DNA of 64,000 nucleotides, from positions 57,970,001 to 58,034,000 of the forward strand of contig OZ287756.1 in the NCBI GenBank assembly GCA_965649765.1, read 5' to 3'. How positions within the stretch are numbered: the stretch's first letter is position 1; every line of letters begins with the position of its first letter. This document shows, piece by piece, positions 1 through 12,832 of the stretch. The DNA is from Bispira polyomma (Eukaryota). A model generated the notes under the pieces. That model was not told the DNA's origin. It did not search any database and worked only from the letters and a program-made list of their open reading frames with translations. Both the position numbers and the translations under genes were made by a program.

Positions 1-519
1 AGTAACTAGTGGTTTACTATTTTCGGACTAATTTCGGACATTTTGCAAGCTATAACAGCTAAAAATGAAAATATTAAAATTGGAAAATAAATTATGGTTT
101 GGTCGTTTCTGGAGCTGTCAAAAAACCCGATAATTTTGAAGGTAAATACACCAACTTTTGTGAGCTACCAAAATATATAAAATTTGTTTTTATCAGATTT
201 TAAGGCAAACGTATGTGAAAAATAAATTATCAAAACATTTTTTAAGGCGATTCAGTTGTATATACATGTGTTTCAGATTTTACTTTGAATTTTGCCTTTG
301 GTTTACCTAACTTGGTACCCACAGTAGATGGTTCTCGAAATCCATCTCGATCGCTGACTAGTGACTGGTTCACTATTTCCAGACTCATCAGTATCTTGGT
401 TTGTAATGGCATTATCATGATATGGCCGCCAGGCCATTCTCTTCTTGTCTTTCAAATCTACAAACAGCAGTAATTTGTACACAAAATTTCTACCCCGTGT
501 AGCAGGTGTTATTTGGAAA

Positions 520-895
520 GGAATGTGCACAGAAGTATCATTTGAACGGTACTGTGCACAGAGGTATTATTTTGGGGGTTCTGTGCACAGAGGTTTTATT
601 TGGAGAGTACTGTGCACAGAGGTATAATTTGGAGAAAATTGCACAGAGGTACTATTTTGGGGGTACTCTGCACAGAGGTAGTATTTAAGTGGGTACTGTG
701 CACAGAGGTATTATTTTAGGGGTTCTGTGCACAGAGGTATTATTTAGGGAGTACTGTGTACAGAGGTATTATTTAGACGGTACTGTGCACAGAGGTATTA
801 TTTGGGGAGTACTGTGCACAGAGGTATTATTTTAGGGGTTCTGTGCACAGAGGTATTATTTGGAGGGTACTGTGCACAGAGGTATTATTTGGAGG
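520..895. repeat. Minisatellite, ~30-bp unit (actgtgcacagaggtattatttggggagt), ~12-13 copies, intronic
   Basis: Direct inspection; each unit has a tgtgcaca palindrome. Confidence 0.92.
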
Positions 896-1202
896 TTTAT
901 ATGTTCTCTACTCTAGTCAGTAAATTTTTGAAGACGTTGAATACTGTACAATACCTTTTTTATTGTTGTTTTTAAAAAATCGATCCACTCACCCACTTAA
1001 TTGATGCTGATCCACTTTAATGTTAACCTGTGTACTACATACAGTTAAGATTTCACAAAATTAAAAATTCTCACAAAATTCTCAAAAAATAAAAAATTCT
1101 AAACTAAATTAGTTAAGATTTCACAAAATCTTAACTTGTACGTGGCATGTACAAAAATTTTTATATTCTCCTGTTTGAAGAGTCATCTCCTGTTTTTTTC
1201 AG

Positions 1203-1326
1203 GGCACGTGATGACTTTATTGATGCAGTAGAAGGCATTAAGGAGAAGCTGCTGCGTAAGTCCGAACCAGACCAGCTGACTTACATTGGTGAACTGCTAG
1301 GGGGACACAGCTTCAGTCCCAAGATG
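1203..1326 (+). CDS. MAN1B1: ER mannosyl-oligosaccharide 1,2-alpha-mannosidase (GH47), internal exon; upstream exons lie outside the window
   Basis: tttttttcag| acceptor (1201-1202) and ATG|gtgaga donor. Translates (phase 2) ARDDFIDAVEGIKEKLLRKSEPDQLTYIGELLGGHSFSPKM, matching the GH47 segment that precedes 'MDHLVCF'. Confidence 0.93.
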
Positions 1327-1755
1327 GTGAGAGCACATCTCATATAGTTTGTGTGGTTTGGGGTTAACATCGCTTACAACACTTGTTGTGTTATATCTAG
1401 ATCAACAGTTCACTTGAGGAAGAAATCAGTGCATAATATTAATTATGACTGAGAATTGGTCTGTATTTTGCAGGTAGATTAATTGCATAATTGTTCGACC
1501 GATGATCGATCTATAATCGATCATTCACATAATTATATTGTTTAAAGTGTTAATTTACCCATCCTGGTTAAATTCAAATGTTTAACATTTATTATCTACC
1601 GCTAAACTATATGACTTCCGGTAAATATAAACAAAAACAAACAAAAAGTAATAAAAATTGTTTTATTAGACATAAAATGTATATGAAATAACACTTAAAC
1701 GTCAAAATATCTTATTAGTTGAAGTTAGGAACAGTATTTGGTGAATGATAGATTA

Positions 1756-2225
1756 CCGGGTCCGCTCTCGGAAGCGCCCAGGGGTGAAAACAATAAAAAT
1801 TCCAACAAATGGGGTGGGGGGGGGGGGGGGTGGATGTTTGCAAGAGCATGTACGTGAAGTTGTTTTCGCTTCAATCCGTATAAACACTATAAAATAACAT
1901 AAAGTATATAAAACTTACTTATTTGATCTGTGAAATAGAATAATCAACAAATCCATACAATTCCTTGCGAAAAACAGCCCCATTTTGTTGTTTTTGTCTC
2001 CAACTGTGACTAAAAACACAACAACTGTGTACCGGAAATTACAGATACTCCCAGGTCACCATTTGCAGTGTAAAGAGGAAGCGCAAATCTATGGTTGCTT
2101 AGTGACCAAGTTACCTTAAGTTACCTGGTATGTTTTGCAAAAAATAATTGCCTGTTTTCCGTAATATTTGAAAAGCTGGGGATGGGCGCTTACGCTAACA
2201 TGGGCGATATCGAAAGCGGAACCAG
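1756..2225. mobile_element. Non-autonomous DNA transposon (Tc1/mariner-type MITE), nested in an older element
   Basis: ta|ccgggtccgctctcg ... cgaaagcggaaccag|ta: imperfect TIRs with TA on both flanks. Confidence 0.7.
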
Positions 2226-2337
2226 TATATAAAATTAAGACTAACCAACAACGATCTTGGAGTATCACCGACAATTAATCAACTGGTCATCTAATCGTCC
2301 ACCACTAATATTAATACACATTTGATTGACAGGCATA

Positions 2338-2712
2338 TAGGGACGTCATCTTGTATCGCGATATCGTGAAATCATCGAGAAAAGGTATAAGTTTAGGTAT
2401 CGTGATTACAGTTTTGAAATCGTGATATTGTGGGGACTTCCAATTCACTTCTTGTTTTAGGCACTTGGATGCAAACAACTAAAGTTAATGTATCAGTTCA
2501 TTAATTTTACAGCAATGTACAGATTAAATAGGAAAAATCTGACCAAGTAGAGCATAAAAAAAAAAATCACTAATAATCTTATAATGTAAATAAATGAAGC
2601 CAACAAACATTTTGGAAAAAAATTTATGTACACATATTTAATCGTGATATTATCGTGATATCGTGAAAATCTAGTGATATCGTGATGCCAGTTTTGACTG
2701 GTGATGACCTTA
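2338..2712. mobile_element. Probable hAT-like MITE with subterminal atcgtgat repeats
   Basis: Starts tagggacgtcatc, ends gatgacctta; clusters of atcgtgat(at) at both ends. Confidence 0.5.
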
Positions 2713-3479
2713 TTACAAGCCTAACTGTTGTTTTTTGTAGGTGGGGTTTTGGTTGTATATTGACATACATTCACATTTGATTGGCAGGATCCCCTTGTAT
2801 TCTTTGTAGGTGGGGATAACATCTAACATAGTTTGATGTGTGGTTTGTCAGTTCCCAAAATGATATTTGCTTATTGGTGGATAATAATCGATCGATTAAT
2901 CAATCAATTGGTACCTTTTTCATAAAATTTATATCTTGACTAAGTGCATGAATAAAGTTGAAGTAACATTCTATTTTACACATAAACATCAAAATTCTCA
3001 GTTTAATTTTGAGTAAATACTACCTAAGATGAATTATAATCCGAGAAATTTTAAAAATGTTAATATTTTACCGTTACACAGATTGTAAATTTCACCCCAA
3101 TTTTTTTTTTGAAAAGTTGCCTGTTTTCACATGTCTGATGCATTAACCGGCTAGTGATTGATAAATTGTCATAGGACTGTCGATCTATTAATCAATTCTT
3201 CGAATAATCAGTGTGGCTTTAGTAGTTAGGTTTTAACATTGCTTTCAACATGTCTTGTGTCAACACATGACAGGCACTTAAAACTTGTGGACAAAATCAG
3301 TACAGGGTAGGTGATCAAAGGTTTCTGTTCTGCAAACCACTGTTTATTCAGCAAGTCTAATCTGCCAAATTGCCGCCAGGGTCGAGATTTAAACCCACGA
3401 CTGCAGAGGGGGTAGGCTGGTGTCTTACCACTACAAGGTGGGGCCCCAATATCATTTTATAATACCTACTAAAACAGTA

Positions 3480-3932
3480 ATAGTTTGGGTGGAGCTTTTT
3501 ATGTGAATTAACATCTTTTAGTTTATTCTCTGATTGACCAGACAATCTGGTCTGTTTTATGGGTGGAGCCTGTTACATAAATTAACATTTAGACACCTTT
3601 TATTGACAGGACTGCTTGGCCTGTTTTATAGGTGGGGCTTAGGTTGTACATTTTCACATACTATATCTATTTGATTGACAGGACCACTTGATGTGCTTTA
3701 TGGGCAGAGCCTGTTATGTAAATTAAAATTGATTCACTTTTGATTGATAAAACTACATGCCAGTGCTCTGTTTTGTGGGCGGGCCTTAAGTTGTACATTT
3801 ACCCATGCTTTCTCTATTTGATTAACAGGACCACCTGGTGTGTTTTATGGGTGGAGCCTTAGGTTGTTCATTTACCTATGCTTTCTCTGTTTGATTGACA
3901 GGACCACCTGGTGTGTTTTATGGGCGGAGCCT
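3480..3932 (+). repeat. Degenerate ~70-73-bp tandem repeat of a splice acceptor plus exon start (about 6 copies; last is the real exon)
   Basis: tgattgacag|gaccacctggtgtgttttatggg(t/c)ggagcc-like units near 3540, 3609, 3681, 3750, 3828 and 3901. Confidence 0.88.
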
Positions 3933-4096
3933 TGGCTCTGGGTGCACACATGGGTTTGCCCCAAGACTACCAGACAATCGGAGCAGAGCTGACTGAGACC
4001 TGCTGGAACATGTACAAACGTATGCCGACTGGACTGAGTCCAGAGATTGTCTACTTCAACACCCTGCCTACCTCCAGGGATGACATCATTGTCAAG
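3902..4096 (+). CDS. MAN1B1: ER alpha-1,2-mannosidase internal exon
   Basis: ttgacag| acceptor, AAG|gtgggt donor, 195 nt, phase 0/0. DHLVCFMGGALALG...TCWNMYKRMPTGLSPEIVYFN...DIIVK contains the GH47 DHLxCF and TGLxPEI motifs. Confidence 0.95.
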
Positions 4097-4309
4097 GTGG
4101 GTTTATTGTTACATGCTATAATATCAGTATTAAGTGCATACATAACTTGGGCTTCTGGTGTCTTCCCTTTAGCTCAACTGGTAAACGTCCGCCTTGGGAG
4201 CAGGAGATTGAATTACAGTCGAGGTGTAACTTTTCTTCTTTCTAATAATATAATACTGTAATATACAGTATGCATCTTCTATCTATCTGTTTTCCAGTCC
4301 ACACAGTAC

Positions 4310-5930
4310 TAGCCAGTGTACCCAGTAATTAGTATCTTGTATCTATATTCCAGCCGGCAGACATTCATATATACTGGTTCTAGCCTGTGTACCCAGTGAT
4401 CAGTATCTTGTATCTGTTTTCCAGCCAGCAGACACTCACATATACTAGTTCTAGCCAGTGTACCCAGTGATTAGTATCTTGTATCTATATTCCAGCCGGC
4501 AGACATTCACATATACTAGTTCTAGCCATTGTACCCAGTGATAAGTATCTTGTATCTGTTTTCCAGCCAGCAGACACTCACATATACTAGTTCTAGCCAG
4601 TGTACCCAGTGATCAGTATGTTGTATCTGTTTTCCAGCCGACAAACACTCACATATACTAGTTCTAGCCAGTAAACCCAGTGATCAGTATCTTGTATCTG
4701 TTTTCCAGCCAGCAGACACTCACATATACTCGTTTTAGCCAGTAAACCCAGTGATCAGTATCTTGTATTTGTTTTCCAGCCAGCAGACACTCATATATAC
4801 TAGTTCCAAGCAGTATACCCAGTGATTAGTATCTTGTATCTATATTCCAGCCGGCAGACATTCACATGTACTAGTTCTAGCCATTGTACCCAGTGATAAG
4901 TATCTTGTATCTGTTTTCCAGCCAGCAGACACTCACATATACTAGTTCTAGCCAGTGTACCCAGTGATTAGTATCTTGTATCTATATTCCAGCCGGCAGA
5001 CATTTACATATACTAGTTCTAGCCATTGTACCCAGTGATAAGTATCTTGTATCTGTTTTCCAGCCAGCAGACACTCACATATACTAGTTCTAGCCAGTGT
5101 ACCCAGTGATCAGTATGTTGTATCTGTTTTCCAGCCGACAAACACTCACATATACTAGTTCTAGCCAGTAAACCCAGTGATCAGTATCTTGTATCTATAT
5201 TCCAGCCGACAAACACTCACATATACTAGTTCTAGCCAGTAAACCCAGTGATCAGTATCTTGTATTTGTTTTCCAGCCAGCAGACACTCATATATACTAG
5301 TTCCAAGCAGTATACCCAGTGATCAGAATCTTGTATCTGTTTTCCAGCCAGCAGACACTCACATACACTAGTTCCAAGCAGTATACCCAGTGATCAGTAT
5401 CTTGTATCTGTTTCCAGCCAACAAACACTTACATATACTAGTTCTAGCCAGTAAACCCAGTGATCAGTATCTTGTATTTGTTTTCCAGTCAGCAGACACT
5501 CATATATACTAGTTCCAAGCAGTATACCCAGTGATCAGTATCTTGTATCTGTTTTCCATCCAGCAGACACTCACATATACTAGTTCTAGCCAGTGTACCC
5601 AGTGATTAGTATCTTGTATTTGTTTTCCAGCCAGCAGACACTCATATATACTAGTTCTAAGCAGTATACCCAGTGATCAGTATCTTGTATCTGTTTTCCA
5701 GCCAGCAGACACTCACATATACTAGTTCTATCCATTGTAACCAGTGATCAGAATCTTGTATCTGTTGTCCTGCCAACAGACACTCATATATACTAGTTCT
5801 AAGCAGTAAACCCAGTGATCAGTATCTTGTATCTGTTTTCCAGCCAGCAAACACTCACATATACTAGTTTTAGCCAGTGTACCCAATGATCAGTATGTTG
5901 TATCTGTTTTCCAGCCAGCAGACACTCACA
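4310..5930 (+). repeat. 71-bp tandem repeat (~23 copies) of a splice acceptor plus the first 16 nt of the exon
   Basis: Unit tacccagtgatcagtatcttgtatctgttttccag|ccagcagacactcacatatactagttctagccagtg; 'ccag' recurs at 4350, 4421, 4492 ... 5911. Confidence 0.97.
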
Positions 5931-6025
5931 ACCTGCTAAGGCCTGAGACTGTAGAGAGTCTTTTCTACCTCTACCGTATCACAGGGGACAGGAAGTACAG
6001 GGAGTGGGGATGGGCAATATTCCAG
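5915..6025 (+). CDS. MAN1B1: ER alpha-1,2-mannosidase internal exon (catalytic RPE motif); not in the ORF track
   Basis: ttttccag| acceptor, CAG|gtaatg donor, 111 nt. [37 protein letters not shown]. Confidence 0.95.
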
Positions 6026-7574
6026 GTAATGGTGGATTCTAGTGTAGAAGACGGCAAACCGGATAATAATAGCTTTCTAATTGCTTTAAAGGCTGAAACG
6101 ATCCATCGGAAGTCAAAAGCAATTGCCACCGGTTTGACTAAAAAATATTAAATTAAGAAGAATTATTCTACAAAATTGTGTAGAAACCTTGAAATCATTG
6201 TATAACTCACCATATCCATGTCATGACCATCTTATTATGGGCTTATTTAACATATCTCTGCAGTAAAAAATTCGCGGAAATCCATATCCTGTTTAGGGTT
6301 ATGTGGCGCATGTACACTTTTTTTCATTTGACGTTATATTAAGATGTTTAAGGTGAGAACCGAAATAATTCGATTTTAGCCCGGAAATTTTTTTCAGAAA
6401 CCAGTTATGAAACACTAGTGTACTCTAACATGACAGAATTCTATATATATACGCATTGATGTAGTCTTGTTGCCCCGAGGGAAAATAGTTCTGGCATGAA
6501 TATAATATTGCAGTGAATATTAGTAGAATTTAGGTAATTGTTTTGAATTTGTCATGTTACAATAGAAATGACTCCAGTCCAAGGTTATTCCTTATAACTA
6601 ACTACACCCAATATTGATGACAAATGATCAATAAAACACAGTATTTTAACACAGTATTTTGACTCAATATTTTAACACAGTATTTTAAGCATTCTTAACC
6701 TAATTTTTCCGTCTCAATTCTAAACACTGACTATATAATATACTCTGAAGCCTTAATCATAATAACTGTGACTTTTTTGTTCTGATAACTGAAAAACGGC
6801 TTGATAGAGTCATTTGTTCTAGAAAGAGAGACATTAAATAGTGCTAGGAACAGTAATAACTTTGATGAATATTTCATTGCAAGTAACTAAAGAGAACATT
6901 CAATGAAAAAAATATGCTTGAATACGAGATAAATGTAAAATACAATAAATTTAAACACAATACAAGAAGCTTTTGTAAGTAGATTGTAACTTTCTTTTTT
7001 GTAAATCTGACAAAACTAGCTTTTATAGCATTCACACCTTTGCATCCTCTATTTACTCCCGATCTCAAGAAAATTACATGTGTGAACTGGCGTAATTGGC
7101 TAACATCTGGACATAAACTGGTGAGATTGGCAAGAACATGGGCAAAACTTCCACGTGTGGCCCGCTCTAAAGGCACATCTGGAGAGAACTGGAGACAAGG
7201 GCTATGGTCGTGGATTAAACGGAGCAAAAACTGCTCAGAACTTGTGTGATCTAAACAGGACTGGTGTAATCTGGTATATTCTGGAACAAACGTTGCATAA
7301 ACTTGTGATGAACGGCTTAGATCTGGTATATTCTGGGCAAAAACTGGTCATAAACTTGTGAGATCTGGTAAAAACTGGGCGTAAACCGGGCATATCTTGG
7401 GTATAAACTGGGCATATCCTGTGCATGATCTGGTGAATGATATGCAAAAGTCACCCATTCTCTCCTGATCAGCCAAGTTCTAATAATCGGGAATAAACTG
7501 GTGTAAACGTGGCGATAACTTGATAGTGTGATCACTACATTACAGTGTCGTTTTTACCGTTCTATTTTTTTCAG

Positions 7575-7805
7575 GCCTTCGAAAAACACACCAAATTGAA
7601 AGAAGGCTACACATCTATCAACAATGTCAAGAACCCTGGTAACCCTGGCTACAGGAACAAGATGGAGAGTTTCTTCCTGGGCGAGACTCTCAAGTACTTT
7701 TACCTACTGTTCAGCGACAACCCCGATCTGATGCCCCTAGACAAGTGGGTCTTTAACACAGAGGCCCATCCACTTCCTGTGTTTGAAACCGCGACAGAAT
7801 TGTAG
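7575..7805 (+). CDS. MAN1B1: ER alpha-1,2-mannosidase last coding exon
   Basis: ttttttcag| acceptor. AFEKHTK...[20 protein letters not shown]...[12 protein letters not shown]...TAG; MESF/ETLKY/NTEAHP are diagnostic GH47 C-terminal motifs. Confidence 0.96.
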   Translation, partial: AFEKHTKLKEGYTSINNVKNPGNPGYRNKMESFFLGETLKYFYLLFSDNPDLMPLDKWVFNTEAHPLPVFETATEL

Positions 7806-7923
7806 CGATCCTCTTAGTAGATATCGGTGTTTTTTTTACGGCAGATGCGTTGTTTCCGCATTTTAACCGATAAGTACGCTTATGCTGTATTCATATTGCA
7901 CAAGGCTGTCTTGTTTTAAAATA

Positions 7924-8132
7924 CAGTGAAACCCCTATTATCCAAACATGCTGGGAGAGCTAGATTTGATTTTTGGATAATAGAAAGTTTATTAAAAAAA
8001 GAAAGAGGCCTTTCTGTATTAAACAGTAGAAAAATATAAATTTTTGGGAGAGAATGGAAATGAGTTCATAAAATGAGTTAATAAAATCGAATATTTCGGA
8101 TAATACAAGTTTGGATTGTAGAGGTTGTACTG
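7924..8132. mobile_element. pogo/Tigger-like MITE just downstream of the mannosidase stop codon
   Basis: ta|cagtgaaacccctattatccaaac ... gtttggattgtagaggttgtactg: 19/24 TIR match. Confidence 0.7.
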
Positions 8133-8859
8133 CATTATTTTGTTATTAATATTCCAAGTGTGTTGTATATTGTGGTCGTTTGTTGTATCCTGTGAAACCT
8201 TTGATATTAGTTAAGACTTACTAGATTTTATATGAAAGGTATTTAAATAGGGAGAAAATAGCCTGAAAATAAATATGTTGTTCCTAAAGATCAGGCTGAC
8301 TGCAAATCTATTATTGTTCCTTGGGCAATTTTTTGAAAATTCACCAAAAAAAGGATATAGATATATAAATTGTGATGTTACAATTTTAATATCTAACTTT
8401 GTACTGAAAAATATGAATGGAAATTTCATTGTGGGTAGACGCTAACTGTTGCAAATACCACTTTTTTTTCTGAATTCTGTAGGGTAGTACTGTTATGATG
8501 TATATAATTGTTCTAAAACAAGTCTCATTTTAAAATATGTATCATGTCAAAAGAAGGCATGAAGAAATTTTATATATTAAATATTCATATTACCGAGGGT
8601 ATAATAGCAGCGGGAAGATAATAGCATCAGTTTATAAATCAAAAGCTTGCAATCAATCTGTAAATCAAAGTTCCTGTTTCCAATGTTAAGAGACAATAGA
8701 TCTGGGAGTTCGGGTTTACCAAAGGTGCATGACACTGCCATGCAACCAATTAATTGTGCGTATCAATTACTGCATCTCAAAAATAAAGAGATCTTAGGCC
8801 ATTACCATTTACTCCATTCTATGGTTTAATTATGGCTACTTTCTTCACAATACAGCAAG

Positions 8860-9088
8860 CGGGGCTGTGTTGACTCAGTGGTTAGACGCGTCTGCTTCAT
8901 AATCACTGGTCTCTTACCAAATGAATGTGGGTTGAATCCCATTTGTTCCTTCATGTGGGTAATTTTGTCATGTACTTGCCATAGGATGATGGTAGTACAC
9001 AGTGGCTTCAGCACTGGTTTTTATTCGCTGTTGCGATCTGACCTAAGTGTTACAAAGCGATGTAAAACCCAAATAAATTCAAATTCAT
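8860..9088 (+). mobile_element. tRNA-derived SINE
   Basis: A/B-box-like head (tgactcagtggttag...gggttgaatccc), aaattc-repeat tail, 11-bp TSD aatacagcaag (8849-8859 / 9089-9099). Confidence 0.8.
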
Positions 9089-10479
9089 AATACAGCAAGT
9101 AAAGTTATGCTTATGTTGCTAGACTTGGGAGGGATTCTTAATAATAGGTAGCATTTTCAATGTGTGTATAAGAAACTTTTGTGTGCCACTGAAATTGACC
9201 ACCTAGAAAATGTTGTGTTTTTGGTATAATTGTGGGTAATACTTGTTGAAATTCAGATTTTTTTTTAACTAAATTGCCTTCCCCAAATACCAGTTATTTT
9301 TTCCTCAGTTTTATTGATTTGGCCTAAATTTTAGAGGGGGGGGGGGGGGGGGGGGTAATTTTAGATACAGTGGCGAATTTAAGATTCCTAACTCTACTAA
9401 ACTCTTCCCTTTTTGGATAACGTTTTCATTTTTGAAGCCTCCGAGTTTACAGTTTAGCACAAATGCTTGTAAATTGTAACAACTAAACTCGCAAGTCAGT
9501 CCAAACTCCAGTTAGCAAGTGCCCGAGCCTGTTTAAGAGGCTGTAAGGTATTGCTATCATCTGGGGAGTCCGGATGGTTTTCTGGGTGGCGGTTCTAAAC
9601 AGTATACTTTTGTACTACAGGCCAACAAGATCCCTGCTTTCACAATCACAAGAAAAAGTATTTTGCTGAATAAATTTGTTCAGTTCATTGTAAAGCACTT
9701 TGAACATCATTGGCTGGTAAGGCACTCTATATATATACCTTATGTTAAATTATGTTAAAAACAGGAGGAACAAGGGTTGTAGTTTAAAAAAACACAGGCA
9801 CACAGTATGAAGTACAGTAATGTTGATATGTCCACCGTATACTCAGCCATAATTTACTTTTCACCGTATATGCTTGGCACCCCTAAAAATTTGTTATCCG
9901 GCGTCTTCCCGATTTCTTCCAACCAATCCATGAGGGCCTTACATATTGTTTCTTAAGATGGCAGAGCCCTTCTTAGAATAAAAACTATATTGGGCTGTGC
10001 CTGATAAAATGTAAATTTCCAATAGTGAATATATATATGTTTATAATATATATATTTTGATAAAGTTTGTGGATTCTTTGTAGAGGATCCCTGGTTACAA
10101 TAATTGTATTATTATTATTTAGTTATTTTGATGGTGGTGATCTGTTTACTTCTGTAGGTAAAGTTCTTAAATGTGGTCCATTCCAATTTCTGGTGCAAAC
10201 ATTTTTCACATCACGTATAACATTGTTATGTACATTGAAAAGAGTTATAGAAACTTTGAATCCTTTACTTAGAAGTGCTGTTTGTTGTGTTATAATTATG
10301 GTAGTTAGTGGCAGAATAATGCCCTTAAGTGGATGTTTTGATGAGACAATTTTCTGAGGCTATTGGCAACGCCAATTTAATAGGTTTCATTGATTCAGAA
10401 GTATGTGTGTGAGCAATGCTGATAGGGGTAGGGGGGGTAACTATTTTACTTTTCATGGCTATTTTTATAATGTCATTAC

Positions 10480-10712
10480 AATAAATGTACTGTTCAACTC
10501 TTTTCAACCTTCAAAAGCAAGCTCAGGACCTATCTCTATCAAAAAGCATATCCCACCTGACACTTTCTTGCCCATGGCCGACTCCCTCTCTGGTAACAAC
10601 CCTTTTTTTCTATCCACCTCAATACGATTACCAAACAATCATTTTTGTTGTTGTGCCTTACAATCCACTAGTACAGAGATTAAGCGCAATTACAGAATTG
10701 ATTAGATTAGAT
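10480..10712 (+). mobile_element. LINE 3'-end fragment (homologous to 13780-14005)
   Basis: Shared text aagcaagctca...ctccctctctg.taac.accc....tccacc.caa.acga.tac...tgc(g)cctta...ctagtacagaga.taagc...attaca.aattgattagatt. Confidence 0.55.
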
Positions 10713-11947
10713 TACACAAAAAAATATATAAAATCATGTATAGGCAGCTCAAGTTTTTACATGCATACTGTATATTAGTATGGATGACGTAAACAATCAC
10801 CCAGTGAGTGATTTTATGACTGACTGGATGAAAAACCAAATGAAACTGTTTGATTTCTTTAGTGTATGTAGCCATATTTTGGTGTTACCACATTGCAGCC
10901 TATCTTTCTGGAAAACAACGCTGGTCAAAAAATGATTCAAATTAGTAGAGGAAAAAAAGAGGTTACGGCTGAAAAATCAAAAACAATAAATTTGTAAAAA
11001 CTAAATATTCTTGCAGCATTTTGTTTCCTAGTGGTTTCAAACCATATTGGTATACTATACCCATGTGCATGTGAATGCTACCTAATCGTGTATACAATAT
11101 CTACTGTGGAGAGTTTACTGCAAATAGCTTCCATGTCTGTGTTTATAACTTGTAGGCAGTTATGTTATATATAACTATTAGCTACAAGTACATGAGAATA
11201 ATATACTGACTCGTCGATTTGGTTAAAAAGAATGTTTTCAATCATCCAAGTGTTTGTCATTGCTCAAGTCCATATATGTATGTTTTTTAAACAGACACAT
11301 GCGCACAATGTGAGAAATAGTAATCTGACTCCCTTCAGTTTGCACAGATCAAATTCTTCCAACCAATCCATGAAGGTCGTACATATTATTTCAAACAAAT
11401 ATAATATAACAAATGTAGCTGAACCTCCATTATGTGTAGATGTTGTAAGGGCCGTTGTTTTGTTTTATGAATAATAATAGTTAATCATGATCACCTAAAT
11501 GAATAATCTAAAGTGCTTGTAGTTTTATGTAACTAGCTTTTGTTTATACTTTAAAGATATATATATTTTGTCACACACGGTCACACAGTAAATATTTTTA
11601 GAACTGTATTATTAAACATATTTCTCATTTAGGATGTTTTAATAGATTCTGTAAATCTACAAAGATTTTATGGTCACTTTAATGTTTTTTTAATTAAAAA
11701 ATAATAGTGACAAAGTAGACTAGTCAGTAATATAAGAATGTTATCAGGCTTGTTAGTATAAAGAGTAGGCAAGTAAAAGTAAATTTAATAGAGTGAATGT
11801 GTATGTTTTATAAAATTGAATATTCTGATATTATGTAACTGTGGATTTCACATATTGAGACCATCACAATGATTATTGTGAAACGAGGCCAGTTTGTGGA
11901 GTCTTTGTAAATCCCTTGTTACAATATTAATAGTATAGAGTCTTTAA

Positions 11948-12548
11948 TTAAACCCCTTTAAGTAGAACTCTGTTAAGTCGACTTACCATTTGTGTACTGT
12001 GAAAAATTTTGTTAGTTCCACAAATACCTTATCCTTTTGAAATGTACCCTGTTAAGTGGAAATCCTGCTTAAAGATATTTATTTTAATCAATTGTAGGTT
12101 CGCCTAAATGTGTGTATATGTGGCCTCCGATATACGACTCCTGATTTGCAAATTGCGATTTTGCATCCCCCTGGATGAAAACAGAAAATTATTGAATTAT
12201 TACCTTTAAACATTGCAATTTTACTTTCTCACTCGATTTTTACCCTCCCGGCCCAAAATTTTTTGATTCAGAAGCTGCTGATCGTTTGCCGCCATTTGCA
12301 GTCTGACACATTTAAACAACTAAACAAAGTGATAATGAGACAAAAATTCGCTGACGCAAAGCGGGCCATTGTATATCAGAAGCGACATCCATGTGTACAT
12401 ACACTTGAAAGGTTCACTATTTAAAAGTAACAGATAGTGAATAGTGAGGTTTAAATTTTTTGAAATATACCCTGTTAATAGAAATCCTGCTTAAGCTGAT
12501 TTATTTTTCCGGTGGTCCATTGACGTTCCACTTAAAGGGGTTCAACTC
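11948..12548. mobile_element. pogo-like MITE fragments with a nested TIR element (12118-12388)
   Basis: ccctgttaagtggaaatcctgcttaa motif, also seen at 15320, 32010, 32474 and reversed at 50020. Nested element has TIR atgtggcctccgatatacga / ttgtatatcagaagcgacat (16/20). Confidence 0.55.
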
Positions 12549-12832
12549 TATGTGATATTGTGTATGTTGGGCTGTCCATCTACAGCTGTATGTGATTTGA
12601 TGTAGGGCTGTCCATTAACAGCTCTATGTGATTTGATGTAGGATTGTACATGTCCATTAATAGCTCTATGTGATTTGATGTAGGGTTGTACATGTACAGT
12701 GACAGCTCTGTGTGATTTGATGTAGGGTTGTACGTGTACATTTACAGCTCTATGTGATTTGATGTAGGGTTGTATGTGTACAGTAACAGCTCTGTGTGAT
12801 TTGATGTAGGGTTGTACGTGTACAGTGACAGC
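12548..12832. repeat. Minisatellite, 42-bp unit, ~7 copies
   Basis: tgtgatttgatgtagggttgtacatgtacagtgacagctct repeated. Confidence 0.9.

Noticed and set aside
520-895. 30-bp repeat as another splice-junction array (contains cagag|gtatt)
   Set aside because: No adjacent mannosidase exon shares the unit sequence within this window.
4310-5930. CRISPR-like array
   Set aside because: Contiguous tandem units with no unique spacers, no cas genes, and a eukaryotic intron context.
6874-7535. Overlapping ORFs in the last mannosidase intron
   Set aside because: Degenerate aaactgg/atctgg low-complexity repeat, probably TE-derived; no recognisable protein.
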